Assembly (NCBI RefSeq): GCF_963921235.1
Contig: NC_086108.1
Span: 64,978,001-65,042,000 of the forward strand
DNA length: 64,000 nt
From: Mobula hypostoma
Taxonomy: Eukaryota
Direction of reading: 5' to 3'
The first letter of the stretch is position 1; every line of letters begins with the position of its first letter. Shown piece after piece: positions 61,036 through 64,000 of the stretch. Under the pieces are notes generated by a model. That model worked only from the letters and a program-made list of their open reading frames with translations, was not told the origin of the DNA and made no database searches. Both the position numbers and the translations under genes were made by a program.

Positions 61036-62377
61036 GTAAGACCACTTTTTACTTTTCATGTCAATAGACAGACTTATTGATAGAAAGTTCAAGCTTGATG
61101 CACTAAATAATCTGCATGTTGATATCATATGTCCCTTTTAGTTATGGCTGTTAAGGCCTCAAGTTATAAATCACTGAATGCTGTAAGCTCTGAAACAACA
61201 AATGTAAGTTTGCACCTTTCCCTAAATAAACTTCCCAAGATACTGATGTTAAATCATTTTTATTTCGTATGTATTTGAATTTTGTTTAACCTGTGATATT
61301 TACTCCCCCAATAGCATTTATTCAGCATGAGTGTTAATGGCTTATGATGGTGCAGTTAACAATCAAAAATTACCTATCAATTACGTATATAAATGCTGCA
61401 GCTTTGATCTCATATCGTCATGTCAAAGATTTCAATCTTTGTTGTGCTCTGTAGTGTACATTCATGACCAGGAGAAGTCATTCGATGTATCAGGTGTGAT
61501 CACATATGTGATGAAGCAGATAACAAAGCCCTGCAGCTTCTGAAATGGAAGAATAGGATTAATATTCCTGACCCCAGTGAGAATACTGAAGTAATTAGAT
61601 ATCATATATGATCTCTTGAAATCATATTTTATTTGAACTCACTGTGACCGTATTGGCAGGCCACATACTAGCTGTGACCAGATAAAGGAGTGTTTCTCCT
61701 CTGCTGTATAGCAGAGTAGTAGGTGGTATTCAGCAGAGAATTCAGACTGGCCTTTTAGCTCTCCCTCTTATAGCCAACCCCAGCACTGCTGAGAGTAAGA
61801 CATACCTAAATACCTTCATTCATAGGTTTAGAGTAGCATTTGCTGACAAGCAGCCAGGGCTGGAGACAGAAGACTCCCAAAAAACATATTAATGATAATA
61901 TATTAATGTCCTGCAATGCTGTTACTTCACAAAGCTCCTCCACTGCATGTCTCAAAGGAATACGATGCCACATGTGTGTCAGAGAGAGAAAGGGTTTGCA
62001 CTGAGCTTCCACACTGACACTTTATTTGCCAGTTAGTTTTTAAGTACATCTCTCTCTCTGTTTTTCAGACAGAAGGAAAAGCCAGATGTGTTAATACATT
62101 TGTTCTACTATGCCACGCAGGCCACTTTATTGAGGCCAGACATACAGTACATAGCCAGCTATGATATCAGATGTCAGATTCAACAACATTTGCAGCAAGC
62201 TAAAGCCACAGAAATATCACATTTTTTTGTTGGATTGCATAAACTTGAAAATTCAGGTGCCAGGAAAGAACTGTAACATGGGAGGGCATTTAAATTAGCT
62301 TCACCATGCAATAGCCAGCTAATGGGTGGACCAACCTACAGCCAGCGGAAGGGTTAGAGTTATATGGGTAATTTGTT

Positions 62378-63060
62378 CATAGAGTCATAGAAGAGTGCAG
62401 CACAGAAAAAGGCTCTTCAGCCCATCTAACCCATGCTGAACCGTTTATTCTGCCTACTTCCATCGACATGCACCAAGGTCATAGCCCTCCAAATCCCTAC
62501 CATCTATGTACCTATCCAAACTTCTCTTAAACATTGGCATCAAGCCCACATGCATCACTTGTGCTGGCAGCTCATTCCATACTCTTAGAATCCTCTGAGT
62601 GAAGAAGCTTCCCTTCATGTTCCCCTTAAACTTTTCACCCTTCACCCTTACTTCATAACCTCTGGTTGTAGTCCCACCCAACCTCAATGGAAAATGCCTG
62701 CTTGCATTTACTTTATCTATACCACTCATAGTTTTGTATCCCCTTATCAAATCTCCTCTCAATCTTCTATGTTCCAAAGAATAAAGTTCTAACCTATTGA
62801 ATCTTTCCTTATAACTCACATCCACTAGACCTGGCAACGTCCTTGTAAATTTTCTCTTTCAAACTTATTTACATCTTTCCTGTATATAGGTGACCAAAAC
62901 TGCACACAATAGTCTAAATTAGGCCTCATCAATGTCTTTACAACTTCAGCATAGCATCCCATCTCCTGTACTCAATACTTTAATTTATGAAGGCCAATAT
63001 GCCAAAAGCTTTCTTTACAATCCCATCTATCTGTGGCTCCACTTCAATGAATTATAGAGC
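62378..63060 (-). mobile_element. CR1 LINE 3' fragment
   Basis: ORF 62454-62837 MPGLVDVSYKERFNRLELYSLEHRRLRGDLI...FFTQRILRVWNELP; tail catagagtcatag. Confidence 0.9.
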
Positions 63061-64000
63061 TATATTGGTCATTGGGAATTTGTGTAACAAAGGAAAAAAT
63101 GTGTTGGGCTACCAATGAGAAGGAAGTAGCAGCAGTGGAGGTTCAGTAGTGAGGGAGGAAGAGGAAGAATGATCTTGGCATTTAGTTGGTGGTTTGAAAC
63201 AGGAAATGTAAATGGTGTGAGATCATTGGAATTAAAGCTTGTGACAGTGATGATCATGTTAAACTGGTGAGTTCTTTTATGACTTGTCGATCACAACTCT
63301 TTAACATCCTCATTGGTCTACCTTGATTTGCTCTTTCCCATCTTTCCTTTACCAGTATTTCTTAATGGAACTACTTTTTCACAGTTTATAAGTGATGCTG
63401 AGAGGGTGGGGTAGTGTGGCTGGGATGGAGGCTAACTATGCAGTAGGTAATGGATCAACATGACCTATCAGTTGATCTATTGAGATTTTACAAACATTGA
63501 CTGAGAACTGGGCATGGTGTAAAGGCATGATTCAAGATCAGTTGAGAGTAAAGAAACACTGAATAGTGGAGTCTGACTAAGAAACGTTCATCATATTGTT
63601 AAAGTTGTATTCTTTTTGTGGAATATTTTTTGTTCATTCATGTGATATAGAGGCTGTTGGAAATTCTGGTATATTGCTTTTTCCTAATTGCCCCTGAACT
63701 GTGAAGATCGTAAAGAATTGATGTGGACTCAAAATTGGGCCTACAATGGTAAGAATGACAGGCTTCTTTCAATAAGGAGACCTTCAAGCACATTTGTAAA
63801 TCTCTTGGATTTTTACCACAGTACAATGGCTTCATGGTTTCCATTGCTGAGATGAGTATTCAAACATACAGTTGAGATCTACCTAGTAAAATGAATTCAA
63901 ATTTCCCAACTGGCATTTTTGGTATTGATCACGGGTCAGTCTTCAGATTAATGATCCAGATCTTCGGCTACTCTTCAATGATTTAACCTCAACTGTACCC

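Noticed and set aside
62049..62164. Acceptor-like tctctctctgtttttcAG at ~62068 as the next NFIA exon
   Set aside because: In frame it reads TEGKARCVNTF... to a stop, with no similarity to the expected PNGSSQGKV exon, which must lie beyond the window. A cryptic exon cannot be excluded but has no support.
1..64000. CRISPR arrays, operons or other prokaryotic systems
   Set aside because: The sequence is vertebrate intronic DNA with no regularly spaced repeats or dense ORFs.

Overview
Eukaryotic, AT-rich, repeat-laden genomic DNA. The repeat families (CR1/HER1-type LINEs, V-SINE, Deu-SINE, Penelope-like elements with inverted pseudo-LTRs) point to a cartilaginous fish, probably a ray or skate; this is inference. 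The window lies inside a nuclear factor I A (NFIA) gene on the + strand. Two coding exons are recognisable: 21088-21216 (129 nt, [16 protein letters not shown]...[10 protein letters not shown]) and 60848-61035 (188 nt, [22 protein letters not shown]...GQVGFLN), joined by a 39.6-kb GT-AG intron. Nearly all entries in the ORF track are transposon remnants or spurious. The most notable observations are: (1) Penelope-type pseudo-LTRs carrying a minimal type I hammerhead ribozyme, with the only intact core antisense to NFIA and the sense copies broken; (2) candidate alternative processing around both NFIA exons (upstream acceptor with an in-frame stop, intronic polyadenylation, tandem donors for VGFLN); (3) a near full-length CR1 with a duplicated promoter monomer inside a multi-level nest of insertions; (4) a young GC-rich, highly structured ~390-bp element with a possible pseudoknot next to a 152-bp duplication. 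Repeat boundaries were read by eye and are approximate unless a TSD or TIR is quoted. Family names and homologue sequences come from recalled motifs, not from a database search.
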